Source: Chrysomallon squamiferum (Eukaryota > Animalia > Mollusca). Taken from it: a DNA stretch of 64,000 nt. Location: assembly GCA_012295275.1 (NCBI GenBank), contig CM022670.1:32240001-32304000 (forward strand), written 5' to 3'. This document shows positions 30,501 through 44,600 of this stretch, in pieces. A program made the position numbers and the translations under genes. The notes below the pieces were generated by a model. It made no database searches, was not told where the DNA came from, and was given only the letters and a program-made list of their open reading frames with translations. Numbering within the stretch: position 1 is the stretch's first letter; each line of letters starts with the position of its first letter.

Positions 30501-33500
30501 CTGTACCATAGTAAATGAAGTACACAGAGCTAGGAGTACCACTGAGGCCTTCTAACCAAGTGCTAAACACAGGTGATAGTATCAGTCTGGAACTTATCTC
30601 CACCTGTGATGATTTTAAACACACCTACAAGTGAGAGTTATTGCCGTAAGCCTATTGGGCAAGCAGGACTCTGCTGAGTAAGGTTTTTTTCTGCTGCATA
30701 CATTAGTCTCTGTATAAACATTTCATGACATGATTAGCTAATGCCCAATACAAGTAACCTGAAGGTAAAGGAGTTATCAGGATTGCCATGTACAGAGAGA
30801 GATTACAAGGGAATTTGTAGGTACTTGTGTTTACATAGGAGATGAGAGCATATATTTTCAAAACAAAGGAAGCAAAGGATTTAATATGGAACACTGTTGT
30901 TGTAATTGTGTTGCAATTTTGTTTGTTAAAAAAAACAGATGTTACTTACTGCAAAACATACTAAAAAGGTGATCCTTAGCCAAAAAAAAAATGAGGAACA
31001 ATAAATAATCCCTGAAGAAAGAAAAACTCACTAAGTTGACAGCTAAATGCATAATAAATTTTAAAAACAAATTGCTGTGAAAAGACCTCCTGCCAGACAT
31101 TTGCACACTTTCACCACTTCCAGTTACATTCTTGAATTAAGTGAAAAACTTGAGAAAGATCTAGAAAAAGATCTGTGATAATAAATCTGTTATAAATATC
31201 TTATTATTCAGAACCTAACTTTTGTCATTCTGCATAAAGAGAAAACATATTGACTAAAGCTGATAACCTATTTGACAAACAGATTTTGTTCAAGATTCTC
31301 TCCTGTATGTAAACACCATAGGCAATCACAGCTGTTAATGTTAGAAGCCTGAAGTGATCACAGGAAGATAATTTAAATCTGGAGACAGTTAAAAAGACAA
31401 AACCAGGTCCTTGCTCCATTAAATGTATGTGCATATTCTTTTTGATTTCACAGCTGGCCTAAATTTAATGAAGTTCTTGCTTGTAATTTTTATATTCCAG
31501 GTTTTGCACTTGGTATTTATTTTTTTTGCTTAGGAGGGTTTGTTTCTGCAAAAGGTTTGTCCTTTTCTGTGTATACAATAAGGCCATAAATAGAAAGGAA
31601 TATATATTTATGAATAAAAAAATAATTTTACACCATATATTTTTTTAAAATTTTAGTGCTTTTAAGCACTTTATGGTATAAATATGTATCATATTAAATG
31701 TTAAGGCTAGATTCCCAACTACATCAAAACTAATATATGTGAGAACCATGTAAACACTTTAAAGTTTGTTTGTTTTAAACATAAAAAGTCAAAAAAAATA
31801 ATAAATGATTTAAACATTGTAAGCAAAAGAAGATAAGTTGACTCCAAAAGAGAAAACAAGAACAGATATAAAAAACAGCTGCACAAAAGTAGTTCTGAAG
31901 TATACTAAACAACAGTTTATGCTAGAATTATAAATCTGGCAGAGTACAAAAATTCCATACATTCTGCTTGTAGCTAGCTGAGGATATATATAAAAAGGCT
32001 AGATGTCCTCAATCAGAAACATGAGAATATTTCTTCCACTATCCTTACAGATGATGACACTGAAATGCAAACCAATCCACCATAGGGTGAATGGTAGTGA
32101 TGTGCTGTCTCAGTTCACTGCCCACTTCTACATATTGGATTGTGTTTATGCCTGACTGCATCAGTGCCTTGGTTACTTAGTTCATGGTTGTTTGACAAAA
32201 AAATAACAACACACACACACACACTCATATATACCTACTATTAATATGAAAAGTATATTTCATTAAAAAACAAATATAAACAAAAAGCAGAGAACAAATT
32301 TTGTTAACATTGGTAATTTTACAATCCCAAATTAGATTTACAAAATCTAATTCACAACTGTACAGAAATATCATCAGTGAAATTCATGTACAAACACACA
32401 TGTAATACTCAGATGTGTTAGGTTGTCACATACTTTAACATCACTTCTGTTCTTCTACTTTTATTGAAAAATAATATGAATTAAAAAAAGAAATTTCATT
32501 TACAATCTCATTCAGCAAGTTTTCCTTTATCAAGTAGTGGTGGGAAATAATTTCCGTTATGGTTCACTGTACATTTATATATGCACTGAAAATTCAAGTG
32601 CAAAGAACTGTAATAGATCTTCATTTTATATCAAAGGTCTTGACCTCTATTTATTACTCTGTGTGGGAATAAATGGTTAAAGGGACCCTGAGGTCAAGTT
32701 CTGTGCTCCCTATTTTCCAATCATCAGTTAAGAATAAAATGAAACAAATATGAAAAAGGACTCGTGGTGTACAGAATACAAGGCAGGACAAGTGAGGCTA
32801 CACCTGCTGTGTGCTGGACCCAGAAAGAGACTGACCAACTTCACACAATCATTTTCAAGTAATCACATTTAATAGCATCTTTTAACCTTTTTTTAAATTA
32901 TTTTTTATTTTCTTTCGCAAAAATAACAAGTTAATGATACACTGGAATATTAATATAAAAACAGAGAGAGAGAAAAAGAAAAGAAAAAGAAAACAAAATT
33001 AACAAAAACATGAGAAGCTATCATTTTGATTTTTATCTCAGTAATTGCTGTTGTAGACTTTTTTTTTATTTTTTGTAATAAAATGTTTTAATCAAATATA
33101 TCTGTATCATAAATAAAATGTTAATAACACAGCAGTAACCTTTGATCTACAGAAACCATCATCTACTTTCTTCATAAACGAATGTCACCAGTTGTTTGAG
33201 TAGGGAGGCAAAGGATTAATCATGGAAAAGACCCGACTGCCCAAGACTTTAACATTTTGAGATTTGCGTCCATAAATTACATTCAGACCTTTCTAGCACT
33301 TTACTACCACACTTACAGGTATTCCCGAAACACCTGTATAAATGTCTCACCAGCTAATATTTTCATTGTGCCTCACATCTAAGAGCAGCAAGGTAAGATA
33401 CCTGCTCGTGCATTATACAATAAAAAGAAAACAGACAAACAGCCCAAGTGATTGAGATTATTTAAATCAGCTGTTTGGATACAGATTTCTGCTCCAGTCA

Positions 33501-35165
33501 ACACACATTTATTGGGCAAACAGTTGGTAATAGACAGAGAATTTCACTTGTGATTACTTTACAAACATTATGTCATTTTGATTTCTAGACTTGGATTCAA
33601 TAAATAATATAAAAAAAAATAAAAAATACTTGAAAGGCAGTTTTAATTGGGTTCCTCTTTTCATAAAAGAAATGAAGTAAGGACTCCCTAGAATACTTGC
33701 TTACCTTCTGAATTATATTTAAACAAAAGTCTACAGACTAACCTATATCAATCATTTTAATTTCTCCATTAAATTAATTTATCCAGTATATTTTCACTAT
33801 TTCTGTCAACAAGAAAAATATATATTTATGATTCAAATAAATTTTGTTCCTCAACTAATATGATATATAGTAAATGAATAGATAAAATAAAAATTGCAGT
33901 GTAATTCACGTTACCATGTGACTACTGTACCTCAATAATGACACCAATTCTTCCTCTGGTAAAAATCAAAGTATGACCATATATACTTGTCATGAGTGAC
34001 AGGTCCATTAAGCTTAATAATAAATTTAAAATGGAGATAAGAAGATATGTGCTCTACAATCTGCTTGTAATTCTTAGTGAATATAAAATAGTCCATGTTC
34101 AGAATAATACAAGTTCAGTACAAGTTAGTTTCAATGAAGAAAAAATTTACCTCGATGATAATTTTCAAATAATAGTGAAAATATTTGTACATCATCTTTT
34201 TAATGTTTCCTTGTTTTATGTACACATTCATGTTGTAAAGCATTTATCTCTACTTGTAAACATCAAAACAAAAATGTACCCTCAAACCACCTCCTCAAAA
34301 TGAAATAAATTTTAACGTGTGATAACAATTTTAACATCATAAATTAAACTGGGAGCAGATAATGTTAATGATACAGTTTTGGGATAGAAAATAAAAAATA
34401 AAAAGAGAAGTTCAGCAACCATCAGAATACATCTGTGTGTTGTCTTCAGGTATTGGTGTGTATTTGACTTGAAGACACACAGCAGGGATACTTTATATAA
34501 AGGATCACAGCATCATGCAGTCAAAAAATCCCTCTTTTGGCATGTCCAGACCCTTTATTGGATACGGCTTATTTCAAAATCCTCAGCTTATAAATTTACA
34601 CTTTCACAGTATCAGTTTTCCAGCCTATTATTGTTCATGTGGCAAACAATTGTAAAGAGTTGAAAGAGCTGTCTGCCCATTTGTGGACAAGTATTATAGT
34701 GATAAACAGATTATTGTAATGGTCATTCTGAAATTTCATCCGATTTATCCTTTGACCACCACTGTCTCCACAGGTGGTTAAATAGAGGATTTAGGCTTGT
34801 ACATGGACATTCATTAAACATGCTCAAAAAATCTCAATGGATTTCACTTCACAGTGAGCTGTGAATGACTGAAGGTAAAAGTTCAGATAATCTGCAATTT
34901 TTAACTTAGACAAACTGCTAACATGGACATTTTAAATCAACAATCAGATGGAATCATGAGCACATCTATAATACTTGTAAAATGAATTTGTTCACCTTAT
35001 TTTACTACTATTTTTGTATTGGTTATGAAATAAAAAATGTTTTTAACATCATTTGCTGAAATAATTTATTATCTCAGTGTAAATAAGAAATTCAGGTAAT
35101 ATAGCAAATTACTCATTTCCTTCAAACTAATAAAAAAAATTATGTATGCTGATACTTGTTTAATG

Positions 35166-36350
35166 TAGGTATGTGTATTTCTGCCGGAACTGCGTCCGCC
35201 ATTTTCTGCCAAATCCGTGTGATCGGGATTTCCCCCGATGGCGAGTGGTGTCTCTGCGTAAATCGCTTCTCGTTACTCAGGGGTTGGGAGTTTCGGTTAT
35301 CCCTGATGGTATAATTAGCGGGAAATTCCCGTATACTCACTCGTTTTCGAATTTTTCAATTCGGTCAATTGGTTCGTTTCGGAGGAGAGTTCGAAAATTT
35401 GTTTCGTATTCAACACGTTAAAATCGGTCGTTTTCGATATCGGAGGATAATCTAAGATAGATGGAGGCGAAGAACAATATTTAATTTTATTATATGTGAA
35501 TTTATATTGAAATCTGACACAGCTGAAAAAAACTGCACACGCCGGACAGAGGAGCTGTAACATCGAAATGGCTTCAAAATCAAACATGGCGGATGAAAAT
35601 TCGAGTGAAACTGAAGTGATTTCTACCCTCGATTTTTAATAGCTTGCATTTTTAATAGCTTGATTTGAGAGGACTAGTTACCATCTATCTTCAGTCCAAA
35701 TTTCACTAATAAAATTTCATTATTAAGAAAGTTACATGCATTTTAGTGAAAAACAATAGGATTTTGGTCACGCCATTGTAATGCAAATGGCGGAAATGCA
35801 TTAAATAATAGGACAATTAATTAGTGTTAATTGAAAACGTTAAAATGCTGTAACTTCCTTAATACTCAACAGAATCACATGATGTTTGTTGTCTTTTATA
35901 GGGTTTTTAGAGTTCTTTTCAGCAATGTTATTTATGTTGAAGTTGGTAGTGTTGAAGTTGGTAGAATTTTTTGTCCACATAAATTATTGTTTGTTAGGTT
36001 GCTGGTACCTTAATTAATAACTTCTTTTTAATTTTTACAAATATAATCGATAGCAGAGATTGGCATTGGTCTTCACTGAAAATTTCATCAAGAAAGCTTG
36101 CTTATTAACAAAGATAGAGGGGAAAATGTTAAAATATTACTATTTTTGGTCACAAACCTCTAATGACTTATATAGCGTTTAATCGGAAGAAAAAAATTGC
36201 TTTTCAGGGGGGTTAAAATTGCTGCTACTTCCTTAATTTTTTACATATTCACTTGATCTTGGTATCATTTTAAAGTGGTTTACAAACTCTACCCAACTGT
36301 CTTATTTATTTTCAGATTAGTGGGGTTTGAAAAATTTATCCACATACCTA
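35166..36350. mobile_element. Non-autonomous TIR DNA transposon (hAT-like TAG termini) in laminin intron 1
   Basis: Left end TAGGTATGTGTAT, right end ATCCACATACCTA (13-bp TIR, 1 mismatch). Flanked by direct repeat TTTAATG (35159-35165, 36351-36357). Abruptly CpG-rich compared with the surrounding intron. Confidence 0.75.
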
Positions 36351-37739
36351 TTTAATGGCACATTGGATTACAACATATATTAATTTCAGACAAGATATTT
36401 ATACCTCTACATCTTAACTGACATACATGGAAAGCATTCATGAACAAGTCACAAGGCTGCCCTCAACAGTAACTCAAGTGCTTGAAATGATTACCATCAC
36501 AATACACTGGCATGTGTGCTAGTGCTTGAAACACACCTTCATCTTTCAAAGATAACAACATCACAAATCACAACTGGTATCATTATGTACTTCACTGTGA
36601 AGCTTAATTGGTTTCAGCCACTTTTTGTAGAAATTTTACCAATGATGGTTTGAAGGATAATCCTATTTGTTCCACAAATAAAATAAAAAATCTTTGTTAT
36701 TAGTATGTTGAAGGTTATGGTATTCACGTGTATACTGGAACATGCATGTACACAAAATATTTAAAAGACTCATAACAGCACTTCCAAATTTGTCTTTATT
36801 TTACTTTTCTTATTTTTTTATATTTTTCTTCTTCTTTAAATAAATGCTAAATAAATTATTTAAACATGTCTATATTTCTTTTCTTTTAATTAAAAATGAA
36901 CAGTTATGAATACATCTTTTAATATTCACATAAGTGACTTATTATTATTGTATATTACAATGATTTTTAGTTATTTAGTTATTTTTATTATTATTATTAT
37001 TAATCTATCTTTACTGTTTATTAATTATTAATAGTGCATCATTATCATACATTCATATGAACCATTTATTCATTGCAACATTCATAATATATAATTCTTA
37101 TTCAACAGTATAATCGTTTCTTTTGTCGGTACTACTGCAGTCTAATAGTTCTTTTCATTCACAGCACGATCACCTTCTTGCAATATTTGCATTCATTGGA
37201 AGCGATTATCCCCTTGTGCGATAATCGCTTTGATCTTGTCGCATCGTCCTACGACGCTTTCTCTAGGTTTCTGACTAACCCCCGACCGCGTATATACTCA
37301 GTTGTGACAAGCTCTTGCAAACAAACTGTAAATACTTAGATATTTTTAACCGTAGCTTTGCATATCATCAAATAAAAGAAGCAGGTGTGTTTCTCACTCG
37401 ATCTTACTCGGTCGGTTCAGCATAGCTGCACAATTTGTCATCAAGCTGTCTACTTTAAAATGTGTCAGTAAAAAAAACCTCGACAAAAATTAAAACCAAA
37501 TAATTATTCATAACTTCAAATATATATATATATCTATATTTATTTTTAATACTTTATTTTTTATTCACAAATTTATTTTACTTATCTACAGATTTAACTG
37601 TCGCATTAGCAAAACCTAACCGTAACACCTGAAAACGCTCGGACAGAAGCGGTGGTTACGAGCGACGCAAGCGATCGTCAGCGAAGGTAAAACTTGACAA
37701 GTTTTTTTAACTCTCAAAGTAACCTTACGTCAGACTCAC

Positions 37740-37818
37740 CTTGACCGTTCTGTGCATATGTAAAATGCAGCACCAACACAAGTCCAACGACAACTCCACC
37801 TCCCATCTCTCGTACCAT
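37740..37818 (-). CDS. LAMA1/2: Laminin alpha-1/2-like, coding exon 1 (signal peptide MVREMGGGVVVGLVLVLHFTYAQNGQ)
   Basis: Hydrophobic signal-peptide-like reading from ATG at 37818, then a strong donor G|GTGAGT. The phase-1 end joins in frame to the exon at 5651 (G+AT=Asp, DTDGLFP). Lies in the CpG-rich zone expected of a 5' end. Confidence 0.8.
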
Positions 37819-37819
37819 C

Positions 37820-38220
37820 CTCACCGATTACTCGGCCATCGAGTGTCCAGCCGTTATCTGACGGACAACCACCATAAACATTCTGGAACGCAAGCATTGA
37901 AATTTCCCGGCTAAGCATGCGTTTGTTGTTTACACCACGCCTACAGAGGGCGCGCGACTTAAAGTACGGTAGCCCCTTTAAGCCATAATTATAGTATTTC
38001 ACTAGTGAGATAGAGTCCTTTTATTTTGCTGAGATAAAAATATTAAGATAAAGATTGGTAAATTGTGTTCTAGAAAGTAGTTTTCATATTAAAGTCTATG
38101 TCACTGTTGCGTGTCCAGACTCTTGTACTCGCAGGCCGGCCGAGGTAAAATCGGTGCGAGAGCGCGTTCCGCACAAATTATTTTTTCATTGATAAACGTA
38201 TGTGTATCTGCGTCTGTTCG
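37820..38220 (-). promoter_or_regulatory. Probable laminin alpha 5' UTR / proximal promoter
   Basis: CpG-dense segment directly upstream of the signal-peptide ATG, including GCAGGCCGGCCGAGG...GCGAGAGCGCGTTCCGC at ~38130-38172. The exact TSS cannot be determined. Confidence 0.5.
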
Positions 38221-41200
38221 TTGGTCTCTGTTTTTTATTTTATTCATTTATTTTTATTTTAAATTATTATTATTATTATTTTTTATCTGTCTCCCTCTAA
38301 AAAAAAATAAAATAAATAATAATAGTAATTAAAGAAAGAAAAGAAGAGATGGAAGGAAAGAAAATGAAAGAAAAAAGCAGACTGACAGAAATGAAAAAAG
38401 AATAAGAATAAGAAAAAAGAAATAGTAGAAAAAATATTTTAATTTTGTGTTGATTTCGCAAAGCAGCTACGTTGCCAGTTCAAACTAACATTGAAAAACA
38501 AATGCAAGAAACTATGAAATTACTATTTGAAAAACACCTTCTGCAACAATTTCATAGTCCGGAAGGTTATATTTCAAATGAGTAAATTAATCTTACTCAC
38601 TACTATTAATAATAATAAACATTAGACCTTTTTCTATTGTTTATTTTTGTTTATTTATTATATTTTTTATATCAATTTTATATTTATTGAAATTCATTTG
38701 TCTATTTATTTAATTTTTGTTTGAATTTTGCCATTATTAAGTCTAAACCGCAACACATGAAGATATTATAATAAAAATATATTCAATTCATGTAACTTCG
38801 GGAATTTATTATTATTATTATTATCTATTTACAAAACAAGAATAAACAAACAGGCATTATGATTGTGGTGAGCTATAACTTTCAAGATGAAATTAATTTT
38901 ATTAGCCTAGAAAGAAAAAAATGTCGGCCACCAAAACATTAGAGGTATGGAGAAGCAGCAGCTGCATATGGAGTATGTACAACGTAAATGAATCGGGTCT
39001 TATTTGAGAACTGCTTAGCACAACAACAAATACATCAAACAAAATATGTACGAGAATATGTTTATATATGGGAAGTGGTAGCCAAGAAGTTCGTTTATCA
39101 TACTTAAATATAGAAGTTACTCCACAGTCGTTTCCCCATACCACAATACATTTACTGTCACTAGTAGCATTGTGGATGAAAGAAAGTTGAAAATAATGTT
39201 GCTATTTACAGACGTAAACTGTTCCCTGTGAAATTTCACCGACGTAAAGACGCCGTCCATTCACCTTATGAACGCACACACCGAATAACACGGGTCTGTG
39301 GACAATTTGTCAATTATTTAACGAAACGCTGCGGAATTCAGTATCCCATGATTCATTTCCTTCATTGGATTATAATATGATGCTTGAATGCAAAACATTA
39401 GTAACGATATTTTCATTCATATGTTTGCCAAGAAAGTGTATTTCATCCTCGATGTTATTTTCAACCTTAGAACTGGTTCGAATTTAAAAACATACGTATT
39501 TTTAAAAATGAAATCTTTTCATTCACCAGCTTCGGTGACTCAGTATTCGAGATAATGAGATAGCCTGCAGTCACAGCTGATTGGTGAGGTGTTAGATATG
39601 GGCTGCTCCAAAAACCGTTCATTTTAACTCATCGTCTAAAACTATCTTGGATATACAACACAGGTTTCTGAATTAAAATTTTCTCAGTTCAGTCTACAAC
39701 TGTGTGTTGTGTATGTGTGTATGTCTGATTGTCCGGTCTCTTTCTGTGTGTGTTAGTTTAGTACATAATTATTTATAATGATATCAGATATTAGCCGACT
39801 TAGTTTCCTTCATCGTTATTCAGAGTGTGTCTTCAAATTGCATCTTGAATGCCCATAAAACAAATATTACTAGTAAAGAAGAAACAGCTAATTACTTTTT
39901 TTTTTTTTTTTTTTTACCAAATATGGAATAAATATGTACCAGGTAGTATATATACTATATAACATTAACGTGTATTTCAAAAAGTCCGATTAAAGACAAG
40001 AAGGGGAAAAGAATAGAGCGAAACCATGTAATTACAAGTTTTACAACGACATCAAAACCACGTCAGATTGATAATGGACGATACATCTTATTTTCTTCTA
40101 CCAAAGGAAATCTAAGTTAATATCAACTGATCTCTAAAATTATGTTAGCAACATCAAAGGATAGATTTAAATACAGATGATAGAAAGATAGGAAACTTGG
40201 TAAGGTTGAAAGAATTTTTGTTCTCTTCTGTTTTCATCTATAAAGCTTACTTCACCACTTAATACGACATAAATATGGAAACACAATGAATACAAAAATC
40301 AGAAATGGTTTACAGAACACGTCTGTAATAGCCTTTTCTTTACCACTATCTGCTGTTTCTCTGTGGTTTCCTTCAAGTTTATGAATAAAAGTTGCACGTG
40401 TATTTTACAAAGATAGAGAGAAATAAAGAGTGAGAGAACAGTGGAGTGAGTCAGAGGAATGACAGACAAAGGAAAAGACAGACACACAGATATACAGACA
40501 GACAAAGCCTAACAACATTCCTTTGTTTATGATTGGTTGGCTTCTGTCTAAAATGCTGCTCGGGTCATCCGAGTTCGCTGTACCTTTCAGAACCTTGTAT
40601 GGTTATATTCATACAAGCGTATAATTATATAGGGTAGATGTATTTTCCGCTCGAGAGCACTGACTACAGGAAACTATGTCTCTTTAACATGTAAACCACA
40701 GTACAACTAGCTTCTCCTTAGTGGCACACACTCGACTCTTCACTCACTAATTGCTGTTACATCATTGCCTTGATTTCTGGATTAATTGTTCTTAAGTATA
40801 CTTACGAGAAAGGCACAAGAATATAGGTGAAAAAAAGTTCAACATAATTCTCCTTCTTTTCCTTTCTTTCCCTTTCTTTTTTTCTTTGCTAATTTTCTCT
40901 ATCTTTCTCTCTTCGTGTCTGTCATTTTGTGTATTACTGTGTGTAGATTTCTATTTTCAGTTTTAAAAATATTTTAAATTATGCTATATATATATATATG
41001 AAATGTTCAGATTTATAAAATTATTATAGCATCCGTCTCCCCATACTCAATTCATTTAAAGCTAGTTTTTAAAAAATTTGGGTATAAACTTCAGAATGTT
41101 TAGATTGTGAAGCCAGATGAATGCATTATACATTTTATTAACTGTTCTGTCAATTTTCAATTTAATAGTTCTGTTTAATTATTTGTTTATTTTATTGGAA

Positions 41201-41604
41201 AGAAAAATTTGATATAGAAAAACACAAAAAGAAAAACTGAAGATTAAAAAAAAGAGAGAAAAGATAAAATAAAACAAATACAACAGATAAGTAGACAGAT
41301 GTGGCAGGGAATGAAAGTACAATTAGAAACTGAAGTCGTCTGCTCCTGCACGCGAGACAGTCGCTGTCTGGTAACATTATATATCAGATTTACCCTTCTT
41401 CCAATACGATTCATTTATTTAGTTGCGCAATGATATTAAATAGCAAACAGCACACACTAACTTTATTTTAACATGTAATAAAAAGGCGCCTTTAATACAC
41501 AAAATTGAGTATAAAAGCAGTTTCTTTGTATCAGTAGTCGTCTGAGAAGGGACCACCCAAATGTTAACTTATCTCAAGATATTTGAAAAGATTTTGTCTA
41601 TTAC

Positions 41605-41638
<34 letters not shown>

Positions 41639-44600
41639 ATTTGAATAACAGCCAAATTTTATATTTTTTGTTTTTATTTTTAACTAGTACTATTAGTACT
41701 TATCAAAACAAAGATTTAATATTATTGTATTTGACAGAACATTTGGTCCCTTTATTAAATATATGATCTAATTTACATATGTGCGTGTGTGTGTGTACAT
41801 ATATGTTTTTATAATGCCGTTTCTTCGTTCCATTTATTTAGATAACAAAATTATCGCCTGTCTTTTCACACTCGTTGTTTGGCGTGTCGTCATCATCTCT
41901 CAATTTGTTTCAGTAATTACTCTGTGAAGTCGACAAAAGTCATTCATGTCAGACGTCTTCGTGAGCTGGCATACCCTCGCACGTATGAATACAACGCCCT
42001 GTCCTTACACCGTTCCTTCCACTGCAGGTGCTTCTTTCCATGGAAATAGTGACCACGAAAGGAAAAAAGTTTGAGCAAACAAAGACCAGCATGTCTTTGT
42101 GGTCAAGGAAAGTGATAGACATGTGATGGGTAATCGGTTTATGGTCAGCTCAGAAGGACATTCTGTACTTTCTAGCTGTGCCAATATAAAACTGATTTCA
42201 GATAACGCCCATAAGATTGTCAAATAAATCTAAAGTTTTTGGAAGAAGAATAATTAATAATAAAACCGTGCGTGCGTGCATGTGTGTGTGTGTGTGTTTA
42301 TATATATATATATATATATATTTATATTATGAGTTGGTCAAAAAACATACAACTGAATAAAAACTGAAAATCTTTTTTGGCTTTTTCGAGTAAGTTATTT
42401 CGATGAATGTCATTTCAGTGTGTGTGTGTGTGTGTGTGTGCGTGCGTGCGTGCGAGCGTGCGCGCGCACATCTGTGCGTGAATACTTCCATGTATGTGGT
42501 ATAAGGATATACATTTTGCACGTTCTTTTCATTTACTGTCGCAAACTGAAAACACATTTTAACTTTCCAACACATGTGGTCACGGTGAGTTTTCCTATGT
42601 TATGTGAGTGGAGGGATCAAATATCCATTGATTTCCTTTCTTTCATGACAGGGGACGATAACCATCGTCTGTTAGACAGCTGGAAAATGGTGTCCTCAAG
42701 TGAAAACTTCAGATAGACTTTATTGTTTCACTGTTCATAAACAAGAAGTAGAAAATAACACGTCATCGCTCTTGCAGACCATTGCTCCAGTGAATTCAAT
42801 TCAGATGCACAAAATAACTCTGTATGTTCAAATAATTCCTCTCTCTCTGTCTCTCTTAATCTCTCTTAAAAAGTCAGTAACCGATAGCATCAGCAAAAAT
42901 AAAACACACACACACACACACACACACAAAGGACGAAACAGAATTTCATATAATATTAATGAATTTCATACTGTCTTTTTATTTCAGCTTCCCTACCCTC
43001 AAATATATAATTTTATCAATAGTTGTAACAACAAAAAGCATAGTATCAACGTTAACAAATACATGTGACAAAATTAATGAATGTTTCTCATAAAGAGAAT
43101 ATATACATACATATCTTTTTTTTTTTTTTTTTTTTACCTCTTCTAATACTAGAGACACAGATGCTTTACAGAGTAACCCATATACCACAGCAAACGCATT
43201 GTTTGAAAAGGGTAAATCTATCCAGATTTATACCTCCAAAACCACGTGAACTGCACGATTTGTAACCCAGAGAAAATTGATGGTGCTTCTTTGATGTCTC
43301 AGATCCATTCAAGTGAAAATCCTACCGCTTCAAAATAAGAATGACAACATAATTTAAGGCGAATTCACACCGTACGATCTGCAGGTATTTCGAGTTTACA
43401 CTGTGTTGATTTCAGCTGGATTTTTCGTTACAGGTTAGTCCACAGGACATATGTGTCTCGTAATGGATAAGGAAGCTTAACAACAAACTTGTTTGCAATG
43501 AAATACTATTAAACGTGATGTGAAAATGTGTTGTTATAATAAGTACTATCTGATTTCGTATAATCTTGAATAACGTTGATGATACATCAGCTACCCAATA
43601 ACCAAATAATGATGATATATCAGTTTAAATATTTGGCTTCATATTTCAAGTTGATTTTCAGTCCAGAACATTTTTATGAATCACTCCCCAGTAAGCTGTA
43701 ATTTACACTGTATTTTCTCAAATATAGACTTACTTATTCAAGTGACTTTATTATGGAAATTAGAACAATAACAGTTATTTTTCCTTTATTAATTCGTTTT
43801 CTTTTATTCTGGATAAACGTATTTGTTTTATTACTTAGTATCCATTTTGATGTTTCGTTTAATACATGTATTATTATTATTATTATTAATTTAGAATAGT
43901 TATTCTGATGCATCATCTAGGCAGTCATCTTCGAAACAGCCTGAAGGGGAAGGAGACAGACTGATGGGGCTGGAAATGAGAAAATGAAAATATGAAAAAA
44001 TAAATAACGACCTGAGGTACAAATTACCCATTAATTATAACCTCAGCTAGCCTAACAATTTTTGCTGCGAGAGACATCTGTCGGCAGACAGACAAATAAG
44101 CCAGGCAACTTGATTCAGATGTTGTCAAGAGAAAAATCTCATAATGTTATAACATTTGAAAGCTTTGGCAAACAAACAACACGCTAACCTTACATAATTG
44201 TACCACCATTATAAGGAAAGTTTAATGGTCAGCTTATCTCTCGTGGCAAAGAGTAAATTAGACTTCCCGGAAGGTAAGGAACACTTATCAGCTTAGAGCT
44301 AATGATATGGCTTGAAATACTTACAGATCTTATAGAAATAACAGATCAAACAAATAAACAAGGAATAAATGGAAACGGAGAAACGAAATAAATAATTAGC
44401 ATAAGAGATTTTATAAAATAAATAAATGAATCTGGACATATAAAGCAGGATGTCTTCTTTTTTCTTTCTTTCCTTTCCTCACTCTTTCTGCATTATAGAC
44501 ACATACATATTGATACACTCACATAAACTCGCGCGCGCACACACACAAACGCGCGCGTTTGTATCGTCTGTCTCACGCACGCACTTATCCTGCTCGTAAC

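Noticed and set aside
35140-35587. Three overlapping ORFs (66-90 aa)
   Set aside because: By-product of the GC-richer transposon end, with no recognisable domain.
37736-38002. 88 aa minus-strand ORF over the laminin first exon
   Set aside because: Wrong frame. The signal peptide that splices in phase to exon 2 is in another frame starting at 37818.
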